IMG/VR virus record: IMGVR_UViG_3300031369_000001
Location: 38,615 to 102,614 of that record
Source: a virus
DNA length: 64,000 bases
Strand: one strand, 5' to 3'
Part shown: positions 17,198-26,508 of the stretch, piece after piece
Layout of the letters: each line of letters starts with the position of its first letter
Position numbering within the stretch: the first letter of the stretch is position 1
The notes under the pieces: model-generated
The model's database searches: none
What the model saw: only the letters and a program-made list of their open reading frames with translations
Told to the model about the DNA's origin: nothing
Program-made: the position numbers and the translations under genes

Positions 17198-17963
17198 TAA
17201 ACATTTAAACACTTCATATCAAGAATTATTTGATGCAAATATAAAATTAGTATACCATTATGTTAAAAAACATTCTTATTTTTCCGATGAGTTGGAAAAG
17301 GAAGATGTTTTACAAGACGGTAAACTAGGACTATTCTTAGCAGCTAAAACTTTTGATCCTAATAAAAATGTAGCTTTTTCTACTTGGGCATATTATTGGA
17401 TAAAAGCCATTATTACTCGTTCTCAGGCCAAGTTTACATTTTTAAAATGGCCAAATAAAAAATATATTATCCGGACTAAAATTATTCAATTTTGGGGGAA
17501 GTACTACAATTCACATGGAGAAAATCCAGAATTAGACGACATTATTAATGCTTTAGAAGATTTGGACGCATATATGCCTATAACTTCTAAAGATATTACC
17601 ATTGTTTATAATAATATAACAATGTTCAAAAAATCATTAACTAATAAAACAGGGGAAGCTAATCAAGACTTTTCAGATTATGGTAATGAAATTCTATTAG
17701 AGAGTATAATGGTTCCGCAGGAATCAGCTGAAGATAGACTAGTAAAAAAAAGGTCGGTTGAGTTAAATAAATGTTTGTACAAATTGCCATATTTTGAACG
17801 TTTTATAATTGAAAAAAGATATTTGGAAGAATATACTTTAGAGGATATCAGAAATTTATGGAGTGAAATTACTGGAAAGACGTATACACGAGAATGGATA
17901 CGCCAAAAAGAAAAAACAGCATTAAAGAAAATGAAACGATTTATGGAGGAATTTGATGTCTAA
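17178..17963 (+). CDS. RNA polymerase sigma-70 family factor
   Basis: NIKLV, DVLQDGKLGL..A.KTFDP...AFSTWAYYWIK (region 2); TLEDI...TREWIRQKEKTALKKM (region 4). Confidence 0.92.
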   Translation: MELSLDDKHLNTSYQELFDANIKLVYHYVKKHSYFSDELEKEDVLQDGKLGLFLAAKTFDPNKNVAFSTWAYYWIKAIITRSQAKFTFLKWPNKKYIIRTKIIQFWGKYYNSHGENPELDDIINALEDLDAYMPITSKDITIVYNNITMFKKSLTNKTGEANQDFSDYGNEILLESIMVPQESAEDRLVKKRSVELNKCLYKLPYFERFIIEKRYLEEYTLEDIRNLWSEITGKTYTREWIRQKEKTALKKMKRFMEEFDV

Positions 17964-18294
17964 GTTATTTTATATATTTCTAATAGTTGTTACTTGCACG
18001 CCATTTGTAATTTATCAATACATAACATATGAGTTATATGATTATACCGGTAAGGTTTATGAAGAATCTTATATTACGGTAAAAGATTATGAGTCTATTA
18101 ACGACTTACCAGTTTATAAGCAATTAAAACAAATACAAAATAGAAAAGAAAAATGTGATAGGATATGTCGGTTGGCTAAGTATTTGTATAGAAAAGAAAT
18201 GAAAAGATTAAATGATTGGTGGTACACATGGGATCAACTTGTAAAAGCAAAAAAGGAGAGATTACGTGAAAAGAGTAGCAATAAAAACAGATAG
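17953..18294 (+). CDS. Membrane-anchored hypothetical protein
   Basis: N-terminal hydrophobic helix. Confidence 0.55.
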   Translation: MMSKLFYIFLIVVTCTPFVIYQYITYELYDYTGKVYEESYITVKDYESINDLPVYKQLKQIQNRKEKCDRICRLAKYLYRKEMKRLNDWWYTWDQLVKAKKERLREKSSNKNR

Positions 18295-18718
18295 CTGTGA
18301 TTGTGTCTATTGTAGGTACCCGGTTACTCCAGAAGTTCATGACAAGAGGTTTATTGCTGAAGCGGTTGCAATTCGGCAATATATAAAGTTAGATCAATTA
18401 CCTAATTTACAAAAAGCATTAGAAAAAGCTTCAGTTAATTCGGAAATTTGGTTGGAGATAGTGTTCTTGCTTAAAAAAATTATTGAAGATAAGATAGCTT
18501 TAACGGAAGTTATTTCTCATGCTTCCATTGGTTTAATTCATTCTGAATGGTATAAAATAGGGGATTATTTGCGGAAACGGGCAAAAGACTATAGGAAAAA
18601 TGCATCTATAGAAAGAAAGGATAACGAAATTGAGGGAGCTGCTATTTGGGAAGGAGTTGCTGAGGACCTAGAATCTTGCGCGTATGCTATTGATAACGGG
18701 ATGCATTGGAATAAGTAG
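18266..18718 (+). CDS. Hypothetical protein
   Basis: GTG start after AAGGAG. Confidence 0.6.
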   Translation: MKRVAIKTDSCDCVYCRYPVTPEVHDKRFIAEAVAIRQYIKLDQLPNLQKALEKASVNSEIWLEIVFLLKKIIEDKIALTEVISHASIGLIHSEWYKIGDYLRKRAKDYRKNASIERKDNEIEGAAIWEGVAEDLESCAYAIDNGMHWNK

Positions 18719-18766
18719 ACTCTATAAATTACCTACTATTATTTTTAGTTTTTCTTTTATTATTAG

Positions 18767-18844
18767 TAAGTTATACGTTAATTAAGGTATAACTTATCCG
18801 TAATGCATAAATTCTATTGACAAAATTTCAAATTTAATTACATT
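18767..18844 (+). promoter_or_regulatory. 30-bp palindrome plus sigma70-type promoter for the head operon
   Basis: taagttatac-g-ttaattaa-g-gtataactta (18767-18796); TTGACA at 18817 then N16 then TACATT. Confidence 0.55.
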
Positions 18845-18916
18845 CTTATATAGATAACGCGATAAGCCTACCTGTGTGCAAACACAATTGAGGCAAATAG
18901 CATATAAAGGTGCTAA

Positions 18917-19708
18917 ATGCCTCAAGAAATTCCTACAAATGATTTTAGACTTTCTGTAGGAGAAGCTTCTTTTTTTACAAAAGCTTCAGCTCCCGAAGGA
19001 CAACAACGTCGAATAGGTGGTGTTGTTTCTACAGAAACTCCGGATAGACAAGAAGAAACTCTTATTCAAAATGGTTTAGATTTTTCTGAATTTGTAAAAT
19101 ATGGTTGGTTTAATGACAACCATTCTAATCCTAAAGTGAGTCATACCTGTAATTTAGTAGGGTATCCTGAGTTAACTGAACGTTTTCAAAAAGGTGATAG
19201 GTTGCCTGATGGAAAAATTGCAAAAGCAGATTGTCATTGGGCAGAGGGGTATTTGTTAGAAGGTTATTCACCTGCTGATGAATTGTGGAATCTTGCCTGT
19301 GCCTTAAATAAGACCCCCCGTAGATTGGGTTTTTCAGTTGAAGGTAAAATTCAACGAAGAGATCCATTAAATAAGTCTACTGTTACAAAGGCAATTGTTA
19401 GAGAAGTAGCAATTACAAAAGCCCCTGTTAATACAGATACACAATTAAATATATTAGCAAAGGCTCTTTCTATGGGTACTTCTATTCCAGGCAATTCTGT
19501 CGATGGAGATAAAACCGGGGAAAATGCTGGGCAAGTTCTTGCTCAGGAATCCTTAGAGAAGAAAAAGAAAAAGAATTTAAAAAAAGGTTTAACGGATAGT
19601 CAAGCGTTTGCTTGGTTATCTAATCATTTACCCAATATATCCCCTGAATTAAAAGGGAGAATAATCTCGTTGACTCGGGATTTAAAATTGCAAAATAAAT
19701 TGCATTAA
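18917..19708 (+). CDS. Prohead (capsid maturation) protease
   Basis: GVVSTETPDRQEE, FNDNH, LGFSVEG, VAIT..PVN: HK97/SPO1-type protease motifs; position before scaffold and MCP. Confidence 0.9.
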   Translation: MPQEIPTNDFRLSVGEASFFTKASAPEGQQRRIGGVVSTETPDRQEETLIQNGLDFSEFVKYGWFNDNHSNPKVSHTCNLVGYPELTERFQKGDRLPDGKIAKADCHWAEGYLLEGYSPADELWNLACALNKTPRRLGFSVEGKIQRRDPLNKSTVTKAIVREVAITKAPVNTDTQLNILAKALSMGTSIPGNSVDGDKTGENAGQVLAQESLEKKKKKNLKKGLTDSQAFAWLSNHLPNISPELKGRIISLTRDLKLQNKLH

Positions 19709-19724
19709 TTAAAAGGAGTTAGTT

Positions 19725-20543
19725 ATGAAAAGACAGCCAATGCAAAATGATGATGAGATGAAGAACAAGAAAGATCAGATGGATGAGGATAACGAAGATT
19801 CTCAAATGGAAGAAGAAGAAAAGTCTTGCGGTACTAAGAAATCACAAGACCTAACCGAAGATGACCTCAGTAAAGCTGTTGAGGTATTAAATGATTATGT
19901 CAATACGACTGATCCAAATTCTCGAAAAGAGACTTTATTGAAAAAAGCAATGACTGATGATCTTTCTTCTGAAGAGATGAATGAACTATTTAAATCTTTA
20001 AGTGGTTCTGAAAATTCAAATACGGAAGAAGTTAATGATTTTTCTGATTCTGTTCTTAATTCATTAGAATCTGATACTATTCAGAAATCATTAGATGTTT
20101 CTGATTATTTAACAGAATTGCATAGTGGATTAGTTAAATCGCTTAGTACGTTAGAAGGAGAATTAAATAGTAATGCTATGCGTCAGCATACATTTAATAT
20201 TACTCTTGCTAAGAGCATGGTTTCTGTTGTTACTGGGTTACAGCGTACAATGAATGTTATTTCTGAATTAAAAAAATCTATGGACAATTATAGTGAAGCC
20301 CCTATTAGAAAGCCAACATCTGTTCAACCTTTAAACAAAGCTTTTGTTGGACACAATGGGCAAGAAGGGCAGTCTTTAAAGAAATCTGAAATGATGGGAC
20401 AATTACTCTATCTTGCAGAGCAAGGAGTTGATAACATTGGGGGAGTTAGTGTAAATCATGCGGTTGCTTTACTGGAAAGTAGCAATCAATTACCTAATCA
20501 AGTTGTTAGTGCTTTAAAAGCTAGACAAGGAGCTACTGCTTAA
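19725..20543 (+). CDS. Scaffolding protein
   Basis: Acidic/helical protein between protease and MCP with many xxK[SA] sites. Confidence 0.75.
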   Translation: MKRQPMQNDDEMKNKKDQMDEDNEDSQMEEEEKSCGTKKSQDLTEDDLSKAVEVLNDYVNTTDPNSRKETLLKKAMTDDLSSEEMNELFKSLSGSENSNTEEVNDFSDSVLNSLESDTIQKSLDVSDYLTELHSGLVKSLSTLEGELNSNAMRQHTFNITLAKSMVSVVTGLQRTMNVISELKKSMDNYSEAPIRKPTSVQPLNKAFVGHNGQEGQSLKKSEMMGQLLYLAEQGVDNIGGVSVNHAVALLESSNQLPNQVVSALKARQGATA

Positions 20544-20544
20544 T

Positions 20545-20581
20545 AATGAGGGCAGAGCTTATATATAATTGTGCCCTCATT
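20545..20581 (+). promoter_or_regulatory. Hairpin before MCP RBS
   Basis: aatgagggca/tgccctcatt 10-bp stem. Confidence 0.5.
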
Positions 20582-20601
20582 GGGCTTAAAAGGAGTTAAA
20601 A

Positions 20602-22032
20602 ATGTTAGAGAACATGGTTAGTTTTTCAGATTATGATGGCATCGAGGGATATGGAAGTGTTCAGCAGCAAGAAGTAGTTGACTTGAATAAAGCTTTAACT
20701 GCTGGACAAGATATAGCGGCGCCTACTGTTGCTGCTGGAGAAGGCTTTCCTTTACGGGTTGAGTCTTTAGAGAATACCTTAAAAACGGTTACCTTTACGG
20801 CAAAAGAAATTGTTTTTTGGAAAGCTATTCCCAAAATCCCTGCATACAATACGGTGGAAGAGCATAATCAGATTTCGAATTATGGATCTAATGAGGATTC
20901 TGGATTCATTCCGGAAGGTGCGCTTCCTGAAAGTGATGATTCTACTTATGCGCGAAAGTACGCGGTGGTAAAGTTTTTAGGTACTACTCGATCTGTAACT
21001 CATGTAATGAGTCTCGTTCGGCCAGCGCATGGTAACGTTATCGCCAATGAAACCGTTAATGGAACATTGCATTTACTTCGTATTTTGGAAAAAGCTCTTT
21101 ATTACGCGGATTCTTCTTTATCTGCTGTTCAATTTGATGGCTTTAATAAGCTAATTACGGATAATGCAGATTCTGATCATGTATTAGATTTAAGAGGAGC
21201 GCCTCTTACCGAGGATATTTTATCGGACGCAGTAGCTACTGTTAGAACTTCTTATGGATTTCCTACTCATCTTCATTTAAACCATAAGACTAAGTCGGAA
21301 TTAACTAAGACATTTTTCCCCAAAGAGCGACATAATACTTTTACTGATAATAGTGGTATTATTGGTAATAACATTACTGGGTTTACTTCTGAATCAGGTA
21401 TCGTTCAATTTGTAAGTAATACTTTTCTTACTGGTAACACTGCTTCTTATAATTCCGCAGCAATTGGGGACGCAACTAAAATCCCTGGAACACCTACTAT
21501 CAGTACTTCATTAGCTGCTTCTGGTACGGCAGCTCCGTTATGGACTGCGGATGATGCTGGGAGCTATTATTGGACTGTCGTTGCGTGCAATCGTTATGGG
21601 AGGTCAGCTCCAGTGGACGCAAATGAGGCCGGAGGTGCTTTTGCCGTTGCCACTACGCAAACAGTTACTTTTGGTGTAACACCGTCAACTACTGGAGGTG
21701 CCGGGGCTACTGAATGGTACGAAATTTATCGTACTAAAAAGGGTGGGGCGGATGGTACGGAGAAATTAATTCAACGTATCGTGAACTCTAATACTACAAG
21801 TGAACAAACAATTACGGATTTGAATGCAAGTCTCCCGGACACTACCAATGCCTTTTTACTTCAGCAGAATATTGATAGTCTTTCATTTAAACAATTAGCT
21901 CCGATGGTTAAAATCCCATTAGCGACTATTGCGACAGCCGTTCGTTGGTGTCAGGTTCTTTATGGGGTTCCTGTGCTTTATGCCCCGAATAAGAATTTCT
22001 TATTTAAGAATGTGGGAAAGAATAACTACTAA
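20602..22032 (+). CDS. Major capsid protein (SPO1/K/A511-like)
   Basis: LNKALTAG propeptide site, LRVESLE.TLK..TF, FDG..KLI, DLRG..L; size and position. Confidence 0.92.
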   Translation: MLENMVSFSDYDGIEGYGSVQQQEVVDLNKALTAGQDIAAPTVAAGEGFPLRVESLENTLKTVTFTAKEIVFWKAIPKIPAYNTVEEHNQISNYGSNEDSGFIPEGALPESDDSTYARKYAVVKFLGTTRSVTHVMSLVRPAHGNVIANETVNGTLHLLRILEKALYYADSSLSAVQFDGFNKLITDNADSDHVLDLRGAPLTEDILSDAVATVRTSYGFPTHLHLNHKTKSELTKTFFPKERHNTFTDNSGIIGNNITGFTSESGIVQFVSNTFLTGNTASYNSAAIGDATKIPGTPTISTSLAASGTAAPLWTADDAGSYYWTVVACNRYGRSAPVDANEAGGAFAVATTQTVTFGVTPSTTGGAGATEWYEIYRTKKGGADGTEKLIQRIVNSNTTSEQTITDLNASLPDTTNAFLLQQNIDSLSFKQLAPMVKIPLATIATAVRWCQVLYGVPVLYAPNKNFLFKNVGKNNY

Positions 22033-22056
22033 TTGTTATTCGATGTAGATATTACC

Positions 22057-22092
22057 AATAAAGAAAGTTAGGGGGACTTTCTTTATTATTTC
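22057..22092 (+). terminator. Terminator-like hairpin after MCP
   Basis: aataaagaaagtt/gactttctttatt stem. Confidence 0.5.
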
Positions 22093-22107
22093 TAAAGGGA
22101 GTACATT

Positions 22108-22428
22108 ATGCCAAAAATGAAAAATATTTTACCTCATATGAGAAACAATAAAGTAAGGGTTAATGGTAATTCTTACAAATTGAATAATGAGGGTGAAGCA
22201 TTTATTGAGGATGAAATAGCTATTGGAATATTATTGCAAGATTCTGCATGGAGAAAGGTAATTGATAGGATTCCTATTAAGTCACCCTTAGAAGATGGTA
22301 TTGATTACTCTAAAATGCATAAAGATGAGCTGATAGCTTTACTTAATTATAAAAATATTGAATTTGATCCAAAAGCTAAAAAAGCCGAGCTAATACAGTT
22401 AGTTCAGCAATTACCATTAGGAGAGTAA
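22108..22428 (+). CDS. Protein with C-terminal HeH/LEM-like domain
   Basis: DYSKMHKDELIALL...PKAKKAELIQLV. Confidence 0.6.
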   Translation: MPKMKNILPHMRNNKVRVNGNSYKLNNEGEAFIEDEIAIGILLQDSAWRKVIDRIPIKSPLEDGIDYSKMHKDELIALLNYKNIEFDPKAKKAELIQLVQQLPLGE

Positions 22429-22433
22429 ATATT

Positions 22434-22754
22434 ATGGAAAAATTTAAAGATTATGATCCAATTTTCGCAAAACATGGTATTGACAACGTTTGCGCTGCTG
22501 GTAAACCTGGTGTAGGTGTACAGGGATTAACTTATACTATGGTTAGTGGTGGCGCAATTGTATTTGCTGCACAAGGATTGGCGAATATGGCTTCAGCTAG
22601 TTACCAGGTTCTTGTTCAAAATCAAACCGATATAGCTGATCCATCTACAGTGGGAACTAAAACTACTACTGGTTTTGTAATTACTGGCCCCGATGCGGAT
22701 GATGTATTAGACATCGTGGTCGTTGGTCAGATTGCAGGACAAAAGGCTAGTTAA
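22434..22754 (+). CDS. Putative head decoration/structural protein
   Basis: Small A/G/T-rich protein downstream of MCP. Confidence 0.5.
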   Translation: MEKFKDYDPIFAKHGIDNVCAAGKPGVGVQGLTYTMVSGGAIVFAAQGLANMASASYQVLVQNQTDIADPSTVGTKTTTGFVITGPDADDVLDIVVVGQIAGQKAS

Positions 22755-23044
22755 TGAGTTTACTGTATACAAGAAGTGGTAAACCTCATATATTTAATGA
22801 CACTATTAGTACTACTGGAAGAATGCATGATTTTAGGGGGTACTCTAAGTGGTTAAGAATTACTGCTACCACAAATCCTTGTTTAATTTACTTTACTGAA
22901 GAAGATTTTACTTCTGGAACTAATTTTATTACTGTAGCTACGGCAACTCCTTTCGAGGCACCTTTAGAAATTAATAAGATTTGGATAAAAGGTAGTGGTG
23001 GTGATTCCGATGTGGCATTAGTGGCTTCTATACGTTTAAATTAG
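22754..23044 (+). CDS. Putative virion structural protein
   Basis: Coupled ORF, beta-rich. Confidence 0.5.
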   Translation: MSLLYTRSGKPHIFNDTISTTGRMHDFRGYSKWLRITATTNPCLIYFTEEDFTSGTNFITVATATPFEAPLEINKIWIKGSGGDSDVALVASIRLN

Positions 23045-23080
23045 TGCCTAGTTCTTTTACTTTTAATTTTGGAGGATTAT

Positions 23081-25090
23081 ATGCCTATTGCGCAATTTTA
23101 TGCAATAAAGGATAATCGTTATAAAGTTGTAACTGGTCAAATAGACGGTACTAATCCTCCTATTCCTGGAACAATTGATCGAGTTTTCGTATGTACAACT
23201 TCAGGGGGGGTTTTTACTCTTAACTATTTATATTATGATAATGGTATTGATTGGATAGAAATTGTACCTTTTAATGAATTACTTATTAGCGTAACTTTAG
23301 ATTTATTAGGAGGTAGTACCGAATTTAAGGAATATAGATTATATACTTGGGGAATAGGAGATTCTTCGTGGCATATTCTTAGTGAAGTTATTATTGCAGG
23401 GGGGGATGTTCAAGGTCCTATTTCTTCTACGGATAATGCAATAGTTAGATTTGATTCTACTACTGGTAAACTAATACAGAATAGTAACGTAATTCTTAAT
23501 GATGATGGTGATATTGAAACTAGTGGTACAATTACTTCGAATTTAATTAATGGTAGAGATATAGCTACTGATGGAAGTAACTTAGACTCTCATATATCGG
23601 ATGATTCTATCCATTATGTCCAAACTTCAATAGACCATACAAATATACAAAATATTGGAGCTAATACCCATGCAGAAATTGATGATCATATTTCTGATGG
23701 GGATAATCCACATGCCGTAACTAAAACCCAAATAGGATTGTCTAATGTCACAAATGATTCTCAATTAAAACGTAGTGCTTCGGATTTTAATAGTTTTGAT
23801 TTAAAAGCTTCTCCAGTATCAGGGGATATAGTTTTAGTAGAAAATAGTGAAGATGCTAATAATAAAAATAAAATAACCATAGGATCTATTTCTCATACAG
23901 TTTTAGCTGATATAGGTGTTAAATCACATACAACCATTGATACACATATCGATGATAGTACTATACATTATGCTCAAACACTTATTGATCATACGAATCT
24001 TTTAAATAAAGGAACTAATACTCATAGTGCTATAGATTCTCATATATCTAGTAACTCTAATCCTCATTCTATTACTAAAACCCAAATAGGTCTTGAAAAT
24101 GTAACTAATGATTCTCAATTGAAAAGAAGCGCTAATGATTTTTCTTCTTTTACCATTAAAGCTTCTCCAGTATCAGGAGACATAATACTTATAGAAGATA
24201 GTGTTGATTCTAATAATAAGAAGTATATTACGATAGGTGGAATTTCCCATACTATTTTGTCTAACATAGGAACTAATTCGCATATTGCTATTGATTCGCA
24301 TATAAGTGACGGAACTCTTCATTACACACAATCCAATATAGATCATACTAGTATCCAAAACATTGGAACTAATTCACATACTGTCATAGATACTCACATT
24401 TCGAATATTAGTAATCCACATACGGTTACAAAAACGCAAGTTAGCTTAGGGAACGTTACCAATGACGCTCAATTGAAAAGGAGTGCAAGTGATTTTTCTT
24501 CGTTTACTGTAAAAAGTACTCCGGTATCAGGCGATATAATTTTAATAGAAGATAGTGCTGATTCAGGAAGTAAGAAATATATTACCTTGGCTAATTTATT
24601 GGGAAATGTGAATGGTCCAGGTTCTTCTACGGATAATACAATAGTTAGATTTGATTCTACTACTGGTAAACTAATACAAGGTAGCAATGTTACGATAAAT
24701 GATACAGGTGATATGCATATGAATAATCATCATATCACCAATGCACAAACTATTACTTTTAATGACGTAGGTAGTGTTTCTCCTAGTGGGAGTACTATTA
24801 CTTGTGAATTTGATGTTGATCAGAAAATAATTGCAGATTTAGATGATAATGCTTCTTTAACTATTCAATTAAACACTCCTATAGGTCCTGGAAATTTTGT
24901 TTTAGTTTTAAAGCAAGGAAGTAGTACTGCTACTACTTCTATTACATGGGTAACTGAGGGAACTCATGGTTTATACGGAGTATTAAATTTTAGCACTGCT
25001 TTAGAGGCTAGAATATTTATAGGATTATTCTACGATGGAACAGATTGGTATGCTTTATCTAGTGATATGCCTCAAATATTAGGGAATTAA
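23081..25090 (+). CDS. Fibre protein (head/collar) with three 118-aa His-rich repeats
   Basis: NPHxxTKTQxxLxNVTND repeats at 23705, 24059 and 24413; GGAGG RBS before ATG 23081. Confidence 0.7.
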   Translation: MPIAQFYAIKDNRYKVVTGQIDGTNPPIPGTIDRVFVCTTSGGVFTLNYLYYDNGIDWIEIVPFNELLISVTLDLLGGSTEFKEYRLYTWGIGDSSWHILSEVIIAGGDVQGPISSTDNAIVRFDSTTGKLIQNSNVILNDDGDIETSGTITSNLINGRDIATDGSNLDSHISDDSIHYVQTSIDHTNIQNIGANTHAEIDDHISDGDNPHAVTKTQIGLSNVTNDSQLKRSASDFNSFDLKASPVSGDIVLVENSEDANNKNKITIGSISHTVLADIGVKSHTTIDTHIDDSTIHYAQTLIDHTNLLNKGTNTHSAIDSHISSNSNPHSITKTQIGLENVTNDSQLKRSANDFSSFTIKASPVSGDIILIEDSVDSNNKKYITIGGISHTILSNIGTNSHIAIDSHISDGTLHYTQSNIDHTSIQNIGTNSHTVIDTHISNISNPHTVTKTQVSLGNVTNDAQLKRSASDFSSFTVKSTPVSGDIILIEDSADSGSKKYITLANLLGNVNGPGSSTDNTIVRFDSTTGKLIQGSNVTINDTGDMHMNNHHITNAQTITFNDVGSVSPSGSTITCEFDVDQKIIADLDDNASLTIQLNTPIGPGNFVLVLKQGSSTATTSITWVTEGTHGLYGVLNFSTALEARIFIGLFYDGTDWYALSSDMPQILGN

Positions 25091-25091
25091 T

Positions 25092-25745
25092 ATGGCTACT
25101 TCTTTTGTAAGCACATCTTCTGATTCTGATAGCTCTAGTTATTCTGTTTATCCTGTTGTCCCCGCTGGTGTCCAGGACGGTGATCTTTTAGTAGCGTTTG
25201 TTGGTGGCGTTGCGGCTGACACATCAGCAAGTGGCTGGACGTATTTAGGAGGGATCTCTGAATTTCGCGGGTTTTTTAAGGTTGCCAATTCGGAGAGTGG
25301 AACTTACACATTTAATCAGGTTGTCCAGGGGCCGCTTAGGGCACAGGTTGTTGCCTATAGGGGAGGATTCGACACATCGGATCCAATAGATGCAAATTCA
25401 TCCGCTGTGTATGGGTACAATAATGATGTATTAAAGGGTGGGACTGTCTCGCCTACTCTGTACCAGAACGAGACGTTGATATTTTTTGGTGGGTGTTATC
25501 GGACGTCAGCTGTTACGTTTAGTACCCCGGAGAATCCAATAACATTTACAGAGGATGTTAATACTGGAGACACCACAGGTGATATGTGGTGTCTATTTGC
25601 TCATGGTACATGGTACGTAGATGGTGCAAGTGGTGATATTGACTCGACAATGTCTGTCAGCACGCCCAATAAACAAGCGTTTGTATTAGCCCTTAATCCT
25701 AAAATAAATGTAAGTAATCCTATTTTAGCGGCAATGAGTTTTTAA
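25092..25745 (+). CDS. Beta-rich virion accessory protein
   Basis: PAGVQDGDLLVAFV...GWT motif typical of phage fibre-associated domains. Confidence 0.55.
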   Translation: MATSFVSTSSDSDSSSYSVYPVVPAGVQDGDLLVAFVGGVAADTSASGWTYLGGISEFRGFFKVANSESGTYTFNQVVQGPLRAQVVAYRGGFDTSDPIDANSSAVYGYNNDVLKGGTVSPTLYQNETLIFFGGCYRTSAVTFSTPENPITFTEDVNTGDTTGDMWCLFAHGTWYVDGASGDIDSTMSVSTPNKQAFVLALNPKINVSNPILAAMSF

Positions 25746-25746
25746 T

Positions 25747-26349
25747 ATGCAAATAGATGTAAACCAAGATCCAATAATATTATGGATTTTAGCTAAAAAT
25801 TATGATGGTACATTTAAATCTGATATTTTAAGTGGTACAGTTAGGGTATTTTTTATTGATTCAGGTATAGAAAATAATATTTTAGCGATAACTTCTTTAT
25901 CAGAATTGTCTACTGGTAAATGGATATATGAATGGTCTCCTGTATCTTTGGCTATTGGTCAATATTTAATTGAATTTAATTTAATAGATAATTCTGGATT
26001 TGGTATAACTATTTTAGAGGATTTAATTATTACCGATTCGAATGATAAAGGTAAAATTGATTTTCAATATGTTGCCTCGGATAAAGGGACAGATATTGAA
26101 TTAGGACTATGGGTAGAAGATAATGGAGAAGTATTAAAGGATATAGATTCTATTGCTCTTGTTATACATAATATTGATGGAGTTTTAATTAGCGATTTAG
26201 GAATTATTTCATCGGATACTTCTGAAGGTGTTTTTAAATTTACCGTTTCTAGTAGTGTATTAAGTGAAGCATCTTCTTATTATTTAAATATTATTGTTAC
26301 TAGAGGAAGTGTATCATACGAAGCTAATATGGGTTTATCGGTTGCGTAA
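25747..26349 (+). CDS. Ig-like virion protein
   Basis: Two beta-sandwich-like halves (GKWIYEW, GVFKF). Confidence 0.5.
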   Translation: MQIDVNQDPIILWILAKNYDGTFKSDILSGTVRVFFIDSGIENNILAITSLSELSTGKWIYEWSPVSLAIGQYLIEFNLIDNSGFGITILEDLIITDSNDKGKIDFQYVASDKGTDIELGLWVEDNGEVLKDIDSIALVIHNIDGVLISDLGIISSDTSEGVFKFTVSSSVLSEASSYYLNIIVTRGSVSYEANMGLSVA

Positions 26350-26507
26350 TGTTACTACTTAGTAATAAGTTTCAAGTAATAAGAATTTCCATAGGGGGAA
26401 CTGTTTATCCTTCTTCTACTACGGTTGGTCCAAAGGTAAAAATAGCAATTGATTTAAAACCAGATATTACCATTGTAAAAGATCTTAAACCTATACCTAG
26501 AGGATAA
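26349..26507 (+). CDS. Small protein (52 aa, not in ORF track)
   Basis: TAATG-coupled, fills the gap exactly: MLLLSNKFQVIRISIGG...KPIPRG. Confidence 0.5.
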   Translation: MLLLSNKFQVIRISIGGTVYPSSTTVGPKVKIAIDLKPDITIVKDLKPIPRG

Positions 26508-26508
26508 A

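Noticed and set aside
21460-21830. FN3-like insertion in the MCP as a novelty
   Set aside because: A comparable insertion domain is normal in SPO1/K-type capsid proteins
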